A stretch of 64,000 bases of DNA from Eubacteriales bacterium (GCA_045605765.1 JAZUQQ010000027.1:129095-193094), one strand, 5' to 3'. Shown: positions 53,337 to 63,127, counted from the first letter of the stretch. Translations and numbers: made by a program. The notes: generated by a model not told the origin, from the sequence alone.

Positions 53337-53365
53337 ATTATAGCACACGATCCAAAGAATTTCAA
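53337..53365 (-). promoter_or_regulatory. Promoter of the DHQase-like gene
   Basis: Minus strand carries TTGAAA (53360-53365), a 17-nt spacer and TATAAT (53337-53342). Confidence 0.5.
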
Positions 53366-53601
53366 CCCCCTCGGAGCAGAAAAACCAATATGTAAATTTG
53401 TGTATCAAAAAATACTAATTATGAAGAGTTTTCCACTTTAAAAAGCACAAAAAGATCGTACCATAAATTTTCTTTTTTGGGATTATATCCCAGACAGAGT
53501 CGGCGTGCTTTATTTTACATATCGCGGCGGGTCAGATAAATTTTAAATATTTTGAGATAATATAACGAAAACGCTTGCATCTGAGAGCTTTTTCGTTTGT
53601 T

Positions 53602-54342
53602 TTATTCGCCTTTATAGGGAAAAGACGGCATCGGTTTCAGCTTGAACTCATTGATCTTGTGAAGGTAGTCGATGCGTTCCTTCTTTGCGGCATCGTCGCA
53701 AACACCGGTGCGAATATATTTATCGAGCATCGCGTAGGTAAATCCGAGATTATCCTCGTCGGTCTTTCCACAAAGTCCGTCGGACGGAATCTTTTTAACG
53801 ATGTGCTCGGGCAGCCCCGCCTCGACACCGAGGGCGACTACCTCGGCTACCGTGAGATTTGCAAGCGGACTGAAATCTCCCGCCGCGTCGCCGTATCTCG
53901 TAGAATATCCGACGTAGTCCTCGGATAGATTGCAGGTATTTACCACTCTGCCGTTTCTTGACTGTGATACTGCGTAGAGCACACACATACGCACTCTCGG
54001 AGCGAGATTTATCCTCGTCTGATTCGAGATCTCTCCGATCTCCCCGACGATAGAGTCCATCAATGCATCGTAGCCTTCTCTTATGTTTATCTCGTAGCTC
54101 TCTATACCGAGAAAAGAGACGAGCTCGTGCGCGACGTCAATATCGCTCTGCTCGCCGTTGGGCATAAGCACGCCGATAACTCTGTCCTTTCCGAGAGCAC
54201 GCACGCAAAGTGCAGCCGCCACCGAAGAATCTTTTCCCCCAGATATTCCGAGCACAGCGTTGCAGTCCTTGCCGTTTTTATCAAAGAAGTCTCTTATCCA
54301 GAGAGTAACGTCATCAAGCACCTTTTTAGCGTTAAATTCCAT
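53602..54342 (-). CDS. nadE: NH3-dependent NAD+ synthetase
   Basis: 246 aa with the PP-loop LGISGGKDSSVAAAL. Confidence 0.9.
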   Translation of the reverse strand: MEFNAKKVLDDVTLWIRDFFDKNGKDCNAVLGISGGKDSSVAAALCVRALGKDRVIGVLMPNGEQSDIDVAHELVSFLGIESYEINIREGYDALMDSIVGEIGEISNQTRINLAPRVRMCVLYAVSQSRNGRVVNTCNLSEDYVGYSTRYGDAAGDFSPLANLTVAEVVALGVEAGLPEHIVKKIPSDGLCGKTDEDNLGFTYAMLDKYIRTGVCDDAAKKERIDYLHKINEFKLKPMPSFPYKGE

Positions 54343-54536
54343 TTTAAATATCCTTTCAAATCCTATCTATGCTATCAGTTTAATATTTAAACTCGAAAAA
54401 GTCAACAGAAATAGCAAAAAAATTTATAAATGTTTTAATTATATAGTGACTTTTTTATTTTTTTATGTTATCATATCACTTATGAAAACCCTTTTCCCTG
54501 AAAACTTTAATTAATTTAACTAAAAGGAACGAACGA

Positions 54537-55721
54537 ATGAAAGAAACTATACTTTGTAAATACGGCGAGATCGTCCTCAAAGGACTGAACAAGCCGCAGT
54601 TTGAAAAAGCACTGAGTGCCGAGATGAAGCGCCGCATCGCTCCCGCAGGCGATTTCGAGATCTTCCACTCTCAGTCGATACTGTATATCTCTCCGAAAAA
54701 CGATGAGTGCGACATCGACCTCGCCGTCGAGCTTGCCAAAAAAGTGTTCGGTATCGCGACCGTAGCTCGAGCGGCCGAATGTGAAAAGAATATGGACGCA
54801 ATAATTAAGACCGCGATAGAGTATCTGCCCGAAAAGATACGCGGATACAGATCATTCAAGGTTGAGGGCAAGCGAGGAGACAAGCGCTTTCCTCTCACCT
54901 CGCCCGAGATAGCGCGCGAGGTAGGCTCTGCCGTGGGAGATCTTGTTCCCGACGTTGAGGTCGATCTCAAAAATCCCGACATCACGGCAAAGGTTGAGAT
55001 CCGCGATGACTGCGCCTACATTCACGCGGGAAGCGAAAAGGGTGCGGGCGGTATACCTTATGGAAGCTGCGGAAAAGCAACTCTCCTCCTTTCAGGCGGC
55101 ATTGACTCTCCCGTTGCAGGCTATATGATGGCGCGCAGAGGTGCCCTTATTGATGCAGTACATTTTGAATCCTTCCCCTACACCTCCGAACGAGCAGAGG
55201 AAAAGGTCGCCGAACTCGCCTCTCTCGTTTGCGAGTATACGGGAAAAATGAGAATGAAGGTCATCTCTCTCACCGAGATACAGGAAGAAATGGTAAAAAA
55301 GGTAAATCAGGAGTATTTTACTCTCCTTCTCCGTCGCTGTATGATGCGTCTTGCCGCAAGAGCCGCAAAGGAAAGCGGATCTATGACTCTCGTTACGGGT
55401 GAGTCTCTCGGTCAGGTCGCAAGTCAAACTATGCCTGCGCTCGTTGTGACCGACAGTGCGGTCGACATGCCCGTACTGCGTCCGCTTATCGGAATGGACA
55501 AAGAGGAAATAATCACTGTTGCCCGCAAGATCGGTACTTTTGAGACATCTATTCAACCCTACGAGGACTGCTGTACCGTCTTTACACCCAAGCACCCCAA
55601 GACTCGCCCCGAGCTTGAAAAGGTACTTGCCGAAGAAGCAAAAATGGATTTTGCGGCCCTCGAAAACAAGGCGTTTGCCGCTATGCGCGTGAGAGAAATC
55701 CGCAGAGCTATCGACGGCTGA
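54537..55721 (+). CDS. thiI: tRNA 4-thiouridine(8) synthase ThiI
   Basis: 394 aa. A THUMP domain followed by the PP-loop LLSGGIDSPVAGYMM. No rhodanese domain. Confidence 0.9.
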   Translation: MKETILCKYGEIVLKGLNKPQFEKALSAEMKRRIAPAGDFEIFHSQSILYISPKNDECDIDLAVELAKKVFGIATVARAAECEKNMDAIIKTAIEYLPEKIRGYRSFKVEGKRGDKRFPLTSPEIAREVGSAVGDLVPDVEVDLKNPDITAKVEIRDDCAYIHAGSEKGAGGIPYGSCGKATLLLSGGIDSPVAGYMMARRGALIDAVHFESFPYTSERAEEKVAELASLVCEYTGKMRMKVISLTEIQEEMVKKVNQEYFTLLLRRCMMRLAARAAKESGSMTLVTGESLGQVASQTMPALVVTDSAVDMPVLRPLIGMDKEEIITVARKIGTFETSIQPYEDCCTVFTPKHPKTRPELEKVLAEEAKMDFAALENKAFAAMRVREIRRAIDG

Positions 55722-55762
55722 TAATAACGCAAACAAAGCCGTTTTCCCCGAGGTCGTAATAC

Positions 55763-55791
55763 TTGACAACAGAGAAAAATCACGCTATAAT
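55763..55791 (+). promoter_or_regulatory. alaS promoter
   Basis: TTGACA, a 17-nt spacer and TATAAT. The flanks (ACTTGACA..CGCTATAATAAAGAGTA) resemble the recX promoter. Confidence 0.65.
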
Positions 55792-55836
55792 AAAGAGTAA
55801 TGTTTATCTACTTACAATATGGAAGGAAAAAACGCT

Positions 55837-58467
55837 ATGAAATGGACGTCTGTAAATAACATTCGCGAGAAATATCTCTCGTTTTTTGAATCAAAAGGTC
55901 ACCTTCGACACAAGAGCTTCCCTCTCGTGCCGATAAACGATAAATCCATACTGCTCATTAACGCGGGAATGACTCCGCTTAAAAAATATTTTACAGGCGA
56001 GCAGGAGCCTCCCCGTCACAGAATGACCACTTGTCAGAAATGTATCCGTACTCCTGATATTGACCGCGTCGGCATTACCGCTCGTCACGGTACTTATTTC
56101 GAGATGCTCGGAAACTTTTCCTTCGGAGATTATTTCAAAAAAGAGGCTATTCCGTGGGCTTGGGAGTTCTGCACCAAGGTCATTGAGCTTCCCGAGGAGC
56201 GCATCTGGGTAACTATCTACCTCGACGACGACGACGCCTTCGACATCTGGACCAAAGAGGTGGGAATTCCCGAGGAAAGAGTCGTACGTCTTGGAAAAGA
56301 GGACAACTTCTGGGAGCACGGAAGCGGTCCCTGCGGACCCTGTTCCGAGCTTCATTTCGACCGTGGCGAAGAGTTCGGTTGCGGAAAGCCCGATTGCAAG
56401 CCCGGTTGTGACTGCGACAGATATATGGAGTTCTGGAATCTCGTTTTCACTCAGTTTGACAACGACGGAAACAATAACTATACACGCCTTGCAAAGCCGA
56501 ACATCGATACCGGAATGGGGCTTGAACGTCTTGCCTGCATTATGCAGGGAGTAAACAACCTCTTTGAAGTCGATACCGTTCAAAACATTATGAAGTGCAT
56601 CGTTGACAAGGCAGGCGTAAAATATGGAGAGGATCCTAAAAAGGACATCTCGCTCAGAGTTATCACCGACCACGTCAGAGGATCGACCTTTATGGTCTGC
56701 GACGGCGTAGTTCCCTCGAACGAGGGACGCGGATACGTTCTGCGCAGACTTCTCCGCCGCGCGGCACGTCACGGCAGAATGCTCGGTATCAAGGGCAACT
56801 TCCTTGCCGACGTAGCGGCTGTCGTTGCGCGTGAAAACTATTCGGAGTATCCCGAGCTTACCGAAAAGCTCGAATATATAAGCAAGGTAATCTCGATCGA
56901 GGAAAGCCGTTTTGCGGCAACGATAGATTCCGGACTTGCAATTCTCAGCGGAGTTATCGAAAAAGCAAAGAGTGAAGGTGCAGCCGCTCTCCCCGGTGAC
57001 GAGGTATTCCGTCTGTACGATACCTTCGGCTTCCCTATCGACCTCACCAGAGAGATAGCCGCAGAGGCAGGACTCTCGCTCGACGAGGAAACCTTCAACG
57101 CTCTTATGAAGGAGCAGAAAACACGTGCGCGTGAGGCAAGAGCCAACATCAGCGGTTGGAGCGACGCTTCGAAAGGTCTTCTCGATGGCTTTAATGCTAC
57201 CGAGTTCGTCGGATATACCGCAGACGCGTGCGAAGCAACGGTCGTCGGAATAATCGCAGACGATGTTTCGCTCGAAAGCGTAAACGAAGGCGAATTCTCG
57301 ATAATCCTCGACAAGACCGTATTCTACGGCGAGGGCGGCGGACAGGTCGGAGACAGTGGAAAGATCACGCTCGGCGATGCCATAATAAACGTTCTTGACA
57401 CTAAAAAGACCGACGGCGTTTACATTCACATCGCTCAGATTGAAAACGGCTCTGTATCGGTAGGCGACACAGTAAAAGCCGAGATAGACGTTGACAGAAG
57501 AAACTCGATCCGCAGAAATCACTCGGCTTGTCATCTTCTCCAAGCGGCACTTCGCGAGGTCCTCGGAGCACACGTCGAGCAGGCAGGCTCGTACGTTGAC
57601 GAGCACAGACTCCGTTTCGACTTCTCGCACTACGAGGCGGTAAATGCAGATCAACTCGCAAGGGTTGAGGCTCTCGTAAACTCTCACATTCTCGCAGGCG
57701 TTTGTGTTGATACTGTCGAAACCGACATCGAAAGCGCTAAAAAAGCAGGCGCTATGGCGCTCTTTGGTGAAAAATACGGCGCGAAGGTCAGAATGGTCAA
57801 GATGGGCGACTTCTCGACCGAGCTTTGTGGCGGTACTCACATAGACAACACCGCAAAAGCAGGACTTTTCAAGATCATTTCCGAGTCCTCCGTAGCCGCA
57901 GGCGTTCGCCGTATTGAGGCGACCACAGGTATTGGAGTTCTCGATCTGCTTGCAAACAAGGACGAGCTTATCGCAGAAACGGCAAAAGAAATGAAGCTTG
58001 CAAACGCGGCAGACCTTGCAAAGCGCGCATCTCAACTCCAAAGTGAGCTCAAAGGCGCAAAGAGCGAGATAGAGGCTCTCGAAGGCAAGATCGCGTCCTA
58101 CGAATTCGGGGAAACCGAGAAGTCGGCAATTGACGTGAACGGAATCAGCGTTATAGCTTCCCGTCTTGACGGAGTAAGCGTAGATTCTGCGCGCACTCTC
58201 TGCGACAAGGTAAGGGATAAAAACCCCGCAAGTGTCACCTTGCTTGCCCTGACTGCAAACGACAGACTGAATTTCGTCTGTGTATGCGGAGCAGAAGCAG
58301 TAAAACGCGGTGCAAACGCGGGCAAGATCGTGAAGGAAATCGCAACCGTCTGCGGCGGTGGAGGCGGCGGACGTCCGGATAGCGCAACTGCCGGTGCAAA
58401 GGATCTCTCCAAGGTTAACGACGCTCTCGCGGCAGTCGTAGCAACGGTTGAAAAATACGTGAAGTAA
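55837..58467 (+). CDS. alaS: Alanine--tRNA ligase
   Basis: Class II core (FFESKGH..), an editing domain with HxxxH..CxxxH (HSACHLL..CGGTH) and a C-terminal DHHA1 domain. Start placed at the ATG at 55837, 9 nt after GGAAGGA. Confidence 0.95.
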   Translation: MKWTSVNNIREKYLSFFESKGHLRHKSFPLVPINDKSILLINAGMTPLKKYFTGEQEPPRHRMTTCQKCIRTPDIDRVGITARHGTYFEMLGNFSFGDYFKKEAIPWAWEFCTKVIELPEERIWVTIYLDDDDAFDIWTKEVGIPEERVVRLGKEDNFWEHGSGPCGPCSELHFDRGEEFGCGKPDCKPGCDCDRYMEFWNLVFTQFDNDGNNNYTRLAKPNIDTGMGLERLACIMQGVNNLFEVDTVQNIMKCIVDKAGVKYGEDPKKDISLRVITDHVRGSTFMVCDGVVPSNEGRGYVLRRLLRRAARHGRMLGIKGNFLADVAAVVARENYSEYPELTEKLEYISKVISIEESRFAATIDSGLAILSGVIEKAKSEGAAALPGDEVFRLYDTFGFPIDLTREIAAEAGLSLDEETFNALMKEQKTRAREARANISGWSDASKGLLDGFNATEFVGYTADACEATVVGIIADDVSLESVNEGEFSIILDKTVFYGEGGGQVGDSGKITLGDAIINVLDTKKTDGVYIHIAQIENGSVSVGDTVKAEIDVDRRNSIRRNHSACHLLQAALREVLGAHVEQAGSYVDEHRLRFDFSHYEAVNADQLARVEALVNSHILAGVCVDTVETDIESAKKAGAMALFGEKYGAKVRMVKMGDFSTELCGGTHIDNTAKAGLFKIISESSVAAGVRRIEATTGIGVLDLLANKDELIAETAKEMKLANAADLAKRASQLQSELKGAKSEIEALEGKIASYEFGETEKSAIDVNGISVIASRLDGVSVDSARTLCDKVRDKNPASVTLLALTANDRLNFVCVCGAEAVKRGANAGKIVKEIATVCGGGGGGRPDSATAGAKDLSKVNDALAAVVATVEKYVK

Positions 58468-58480
58468 TTTAGGTGCCTCA

Positions 58481-58526
58481 CCCCCAACGCCGCTTGCGGC
58501 GTTTTGAACCCACACCAAGAAACTTT
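58481..58526 (+). repeat. Copy H: stop-proximal GC-hairpin module, a perfect 46-bp inverted copy of 13614-13659
   Basis: CCCCCAACGCCGCTTGCGGCGTTTTGAACCCACACCAAGAAACTTT equals the reverse complement of 13614-13659 at every position checked by hand. Confidence 0.9.
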
Positions 58527-58536
58527 AATAAAAACA

Positions 58537-58570
58537 AAAGGAAGCGGATAATTTTCGCTTCCTTTTCTTA
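58537..58570 (+). terminator. Second hairpin terminator after alaS
   Basis: AAAGGAAGCG-loop-CGCTTCCTTT followed by TCTT. Confidence 0.6.
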
Positions 58571-58701
58571 TACTATGCATCTACGCTCAAGTCAAGCAAA
58601 ATCATCTTTTTTGTAAACACACGCGCGCGTTGATTGACAAGACATAAACTTTGCTGTATAATATATCAAAACACCTTATTTTAAAAGGAAATGATGCGAA
58701 A

Positions 58702-59937
58702 ATGCAAAAATTCACGAAATTAACGGCGACATTGTCGGTCCTTCTTATACTTTGTCTCATGCTTTCCTCGTGTTCGTTTTATCGCTCTTACAGTATAAAT
58801 TTGCCCGACACGCCCAACGCCGAAGACATAAAGGATATTCCCACGCCCGACAGCTCCTTGCCCGATGCCCCCGAGAAGCTCGATTTCGGAATGGTAAACA
58901 CCTTTGACCCCAAAAGAGCGCTTGAAAATCTCTACGCTTACGATTATGCCTTTAATTACCTTACCTTTGCAACATCAAGCAAAAACAGTGCACTCTTCCC
59001 CTCGACCGAGCTTTATCTGGACGCCTGTGCTTACGAGCGCAACAAGGCACTTGAAGAAAAATTCAGCTTTAAATTCTCACCGCTTACCGACAAAGCATCA
59101 ACTCTTGCGCAGGACATAGCAAACGCGAAGAAAAACAACACAGCTTACGCAGATATCGTCGCGGTCACACTCGCCGATATTGCGCAGTTTGAGGGAAAAG
59201 ACATCCTTTGCGACATATCTGCCCTTCCCTTTATAGGAAATTTCGCCGATGATCCATATTTATTGATTGACAACGAATATTTTGTAGCAAACGAAGCCAG
59301 TATTTTGCCATCGCAGACGAGAGTTTTGTTTTTCAACAAGTCACTTTTGGAAAAATCGGGTGAAGATCTGCCGTACTTGCTCCTTTCGTCCAAAAAATGG
59401 ACGTGGGAAGCCCTTTCCAACTATCTTGAAAATGGCGGAAAACTCGCAACCTCTGATAATATAAACAAAATTATTGAGGCTACCGTGAAAATCTCGGATA
59501 CCGAAGATGAGGAAGAAGACAAAATTGCGGAAAAGGTCAAGGCTCTTATAGACTCTGTATCGGCATCTGTCGTAAAAGAGGACGCAAAATCCAAATTCCT
59601 CGCGGGAGAAGTCCTGTTTTATCTTGGAACTTTTGCCGACATCATCGACATAACCTCTAACGATACACCCTGCGGTCTGCTCCCCATTCCTCTTTTTGAG
59701 GAAGGCGACGAGTATTCGGATGTTCATAACGCAGAAAACGTCATAGCTTACGCTTGTCCGAAGAATGCTTCCAACATTGAGCGCTCGGCGTTTATGATAG
59801 CGGCAATCACTCAGGCATCGCAAGGCTCACGCGCAAACGCTTTTTCTAAAATCCTTGACGGAAGCCTACTCAGAGACAACGGTTCCCGACTCTCGCTTGG
59901 ATATATTTTTAACGCAGATACCAAAATAATTTATTGA
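58702..59937 (+). CDS. Putative lipoprotein, possibly with a solute-binding-protein-like fold
   Basis: Signal peptide and lipobox (LMLSSCSF). Start trimmed to the ATG at 58702. Resemblance to ABC sugar-binding proteins is weak, and no transporter genes are adjacent. Confidence 0.45.
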   Translation: MQKFTKLTATLSVLLILCLMLSSCSFYRSYSINLPDTPNAEDIKDIPTPDSSLPDAPEKLDFGMVNTFDPKRALENLYAYDYAFNYLTFATSSKNSALFPSTELYLDACAYERNKALEEKFSFKFSPLTDKASTLAQDIANAKKNNTAYADIVAVTLADIAQFEGKDILCDISALPFIGNFADDPYLLIDNEYFVANEASILPSQTRVLFFNKSLLEKSGEDLPYLLLSSKKWTWEALSNYLENGGKLATSDNINKIIEATVKISDTEDEEEDKIAEKVKALIDSVSASVVKEDAKSKFLAGEVLFYLGTFADIIDITSNDTPCGLLPIPLFEEGDEYSDVHNAENVIAYACPKNASNIERSAFMIAAITQASQGSRANAFSKILDGSLLRDNGSRLSLGYIFNADTKIIY

Positions 59938-59960
59938 CCCTCTAAAGAAAGGAAGTAAAA

Positions 59961-60731
59961 ATGATTATACAAAGTGATATACACGCTTTTTTAAAAGACA
60001 TGGGGATAGATCGTGCAGATACCGTCATGATGCACACCTCTATGCGTTCTATAGGAGATGTCGAGGGCGGTTGTGACGGTCTGATCGACGCCTTCAAATC
60101 CTATCTTTGTGACGGACTTTATCTCGTTCCGACCCACACTTGGGCAAACGTCGGCATCAGTGTTTTCGAATACGATCCGAAAAATACGATCCCGTGCATC
60201 GGGGCTCTCCCGACGGTAGCCGCGTTCAGAGCAGACGGTTTCCGCTCGCTTCACCCGACCCATTCGGTGGCGGCGTTCGGAAAACGCGCGGAGGAATTCA
60301 TAAAAGGCGAGGAAAAATCGACCTCACCCTGTCCTGTCGGCGGAGTTTGGTCGCGCCTGTACGATGAAAACGCCAAAATTCTCCTCGTCGGCGTAGGACT
60401 TAATCGAAACACCTACATACACGCGATAGACGAAAAGATCGATCTTCCCGACAGACTCACTCCGCCCGTACACATTGCTGTAATTGACGGTGAAAAGAGA
60501 TACGAGCTTGATTTCAGACGTCACAGCAGCAATACCGGTTCGGAGAATTTTGGAAATTTCAAAAAGCCGCTTGAAGTACTCGGCGCACTCACATACGGAA
60601 AGCTCGGAGGTGCCGACGTTATCTGTGTCGATGCGAAAAAATGTACCGAGATCATCGAAAACCTGTGGAAAAATGCGGATTATCATCTCTGCATAGAGGA
60701 AAAAGAAATCCCCGAAAAATATTATATATAA
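59961..60731 (+). CDS. AAC(3)-family (YokD-like) aminoglycoside N-acetyltransferase homologue
   Basis: 256 aa. VMMHTSMRSIG..LVPTHTW..FRSLHPTHSVAAFG..LLVGVGLNRNTYIHAIDE. Confidence 0.75.
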   Translation: MIIQSDIHAFLKDMGIDRADTVMMHTSMRSIGDVEGGCDGLIDAFKSYLCDGLYLVPTHTWANVGISVFEYDPKNTIPCIGALPTVAAFRADGFRSLHPTHSVAAFGKRAEEFIKGEEKSTSPCPVGGVWSRLYDENAKILLVGVGLNRNTYIHAIDEKIDLPDRLTPPVHIAVIDGEKRYELDFRRHSSNTGSENFGNFKKPLEVLGALTYGKLGGADVICVDAKKCTEIIENLWKNADYHLCIEEKEIPEKYYI

Positions 60732-60740
60732 AACGAAGAT

Positions 60741-60772
60741 ACCCCGACGGATAAAATCCATCGGGGTTATTT
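60741..60772. terminator. Bidirectional terminator (acetyltransferase gene / prs)
   Basis: ACCCCGACGGA-loop-TCCATCGGGGT with flanking A/T runs. Confidence 0.6.
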
Positions 60773-60796
60773 ATGTATTTTCTACAACTAAGTCTC

Positions 60797-61918
60797 TTAA
60801 AGCGTGACCTTACCATCTTTAACTGCGCGGTCAACGTATGCGTGGATCTTGTTGACCGGATTGAGTATCGCACTGATCGACTCGTCGTGGTTGAGCGTGT
60901 CAATAAGAAGTGAAACGTACTTGCACATATTTACCTCGCGATACCAAGGCTTTGCTTTAAGCTCGTCCGGACGGTATATGAGGTTGCTGGTGAAGATACG
61001 CTCTATGTCTCCGTTCGCGTAAGCCTTATCGAAGTTTTCAAATCCGTTGCAGAAAAGTCCGAAGGTTGCGAAAACGAATATTCTCTTTGCGCCCATCTTT
61101 TTAAGGTGAGTTGCGACTTCAATTATCGAGTCGCCCGAGGAGATCATATCGTCAACGACGATAATATCCTTGCCTGCAACGTCGCGTCCAAGATACTCGT
61201 GAGCAACGATCGGGTTTCTTCCGTTGACTATCTTGGTATAGTCACGGCGCTTATAGAACATTCCAAGGTCAAGCTTGAGCACCGAGGAGTAGTACATAGC
61301 TCTGTTCATTCCGCCCTCGTCGGGAGAAACAACTGCAATGTCATTTTCGTTGAGCGAAAGTCCCTCGCCGTCCTTGATGAACGCCTTTATCATCTGATAT
61401 GTAGGACGGATATCATCAAATCCGCAAAGCGGGATGGCATTCTGTACTCTGGGATCGTGCGCATCAAATGTAAGAATGTTGGTGACGCCCATATTTACAA
61501 GCTCTTGAAGTGCCATAGCGCAGTCGAGAGACTCTCTCGAAGAACGCTTGTGCTGTCTACCCTCGTATAGCATCGGCATAATTACCGAAATTCTTTTTGC
61601 CTTACCTGCGATGCTTCCGATAACTCTTTTGAGGTCCTGAAAATGATCATCGGGGCTCATCGGCACGGTTTGACCGTACATAGTATATGTGGCACCGTAA
61701 TTGAAAACGTCGCAGATAATGAACACGTCGTGTCCTCTGAGCGACTGATGGAGCGCACCCTTTCCTTCTCCGCTTCCAAATCGGGGGCATTCTGCATCTA
61801 CTACAAAGCTGTTTGCCGAGCTTCTCCATCCCATAAGATAATTGTCAACCTGTTTCGCGAATTCCTCACCTCCGCGCATCGTTATAACGCTGAGTTGTCC
61901 GTACAGTTCGTTTGCCAT
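60797..61918 (-). CDS. prs: Ribose-phosphate pyrophosphokinase (long form)
   Basis: The PRPP-binding loop IIVVDDMISSGDSI and the FDAHDP motif are present. Start trimmed to the ATG at 61918 behind GGAGGG. Confidence 0.85.
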   Translation of the reverse strand: MANELYGQLSVITMRGGEEFAKQVDNYLMGWRSSANSFVVDAECPRFGSGEGKGALHQSLRGHDVFIICDVFNYGATYTMYGQTVPMSPDDHFQDLKRVIGSIAGKAKRISVIMPMLYEGRQHKRSSRESLDCAMALQELVNMGVTNILTFDAHDPRVQNAIPLCGFDDIRPTYQMIKAFIKDGEGLSLNENDIAVVSPDEGGMNRAMYYSSVLKLDLGMFYKRRDYTKIVNGRNPIVAHEYLGRDVAGKDIIVVDDMISSGDSIIEVATHLKKMGAKRIFVFATFGLFCNGFENFDKAYANGDIERIFTSNLIYRPDELKAKPWYREVNMCKYVSLLIDTLNHDESISAILNPVNKIHAYVDRAVKDGKVTL

Positions 61919-62174
61919 AGACCCTCCGAAATTTTGAATTTTTTTCGTATACCAGTATTCTATCACACTTTTTCCGATTTGTGAACATATTTCTGTAAAA
62001 AAATTTATTTTTCTACAAATTTGTATCTTAAATGCAAAAGACGGTCTGTTTTATATTCAATTTATCCAAACAAGGAGAAAATTTTCTGCCAAAATAAAAT
62101 TTTCTTCATCCGAATATAGACTTTTTGTAGCGTTTATGATATAGTAAAAGCACCTGTATGAAAGGAATTTTATT

Positions 62175-63119
62175 ATGAAAATAGTTATAAGCGACCGCGC
62201 AACGCTTGGAGACGGCGTCGATCTCTCGGTATTTGAATGCTTTGGAGAACTGGTGACCTTCCCCTCGACCTCACCTCACGAGATAATAGATCGGATAACA
62301 GATGCCGATATTCTTATATGCAATAAAACTCTCGTCGGAAAAAATGCGCTTGACAGCGCAAAAAATCTAAAAGCAATACTTCTTTTTGCAACCGGATATA
62401 ATAATATTGATATAGATCACGCCGCCAAGCTTGGAATTGCCGTCTGCAACGCGGGACAGTATTCGACATACGCGGTGGCTCAACACACTTTTGCGCTGAT
62501 ACTGAGACAGGCAAGCCGAGTTGCCGAATATTCTGATTTCGTTTGCGGAGGCGGCTGGATACGCTCACCCCTCTTTTCTGCGTTTGAATTTCCCACGCAC
62601 GAGCTTTATGCCAAGACACTCGGAATTATCGGATTTGGAAGCATAGGACGTGCGGTGGCGGACGTTGCTTTGGCTCTTGGAATGAAGGTTCTCGTTTATA
62701 CACGTACTCCAAAAGAGGATCCGCGTGTCACATTCGTCTCCTTTGACGAGCTGCTGGGCTCATCGGACTATATTTCGGTACACTGCCCTCTAAACGACCA
62801 AACGGCAAAGATGTTTAATGGCGACGCGTTCAAAAAATGCCGCGACGGCGCATTTTTCGTGAATACCTCGCGCGGCGGCGTTGTAGATGAGGTCGCCCTC
62901 GCCGAGGCGCTCAACAGCGGAAAGCTTTCGGGTGCGGCACTTGACGTGCTCTCGACCGAGCCGATGTCAAAGGACTGCCCTCTTATCGGAGCAAAAAATC
63001 TAACTCTGACGCCGCACACGGCATGGATACCCGTCGAGACTCGCCAGCGTCTTATCGGAATCGTAGCCTCAAACCTCGAAGCCTTTCTGTCGGGAAAGCC
63101 GACTAATAAGGTGAACTGA
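62175..63119 (+). CDS. D-isomer-specific 2-hydroxyacid dehydrogenase (glycerate/hydroxypyruvate reductase-like)
   Basis: 314 aa. NAD-binding GIIGFGSIGRAVA and the catalytic R..E..H set (NTSRGG..D..PHTAW). Confidence 0.85.
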   Translation: MKIVISDRATLGDGVDLSVFECFGELVTFPSTSPHEIIDRITDADILICNKTLVGKNALDSAKNLKAILLFATGYNNIDIDHAAKLGIAVCNAGQYSTYAVAQHTFALILRQASRVAEYSDFVCGGGWIRSPLFSAFEFPTHELYAKTLGIIGFGSIGRAVADVALALGMKVLVYTRTPKEDPRVTFVSFDELLGSSDYISVHCPLNDQTAKMFNGDAFKKCRDGAFFVNTSRGGVVDEVALAEALNSGKLSGAALDVLSTEPMSKDCPLIGAKNLTLTPHTAWIPVETRQRLIGIVASNLEAFLSGKPTNKVN

Positions 63120-63127
63120 CAAGCGTA

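Noticed and set aside
55722-55836. T-box leader upstream of alaS
   Set aside because: Only about 45 nt separate the -10 from the start codon. That is too short for a T-box, and no T-box sequence or specifier hairpin is seen.
55891-58518. 875-aa ORF antisense to alaS
   Set aside because: It is codon-aligned with alaS, so it stays open only because alaS lacks TTA/CTA/TCA codons. It has no RBS or promoter context and no recognisable domain, and its composition is typical of shadow ORFs. I treat it as a codon-usage artefact.
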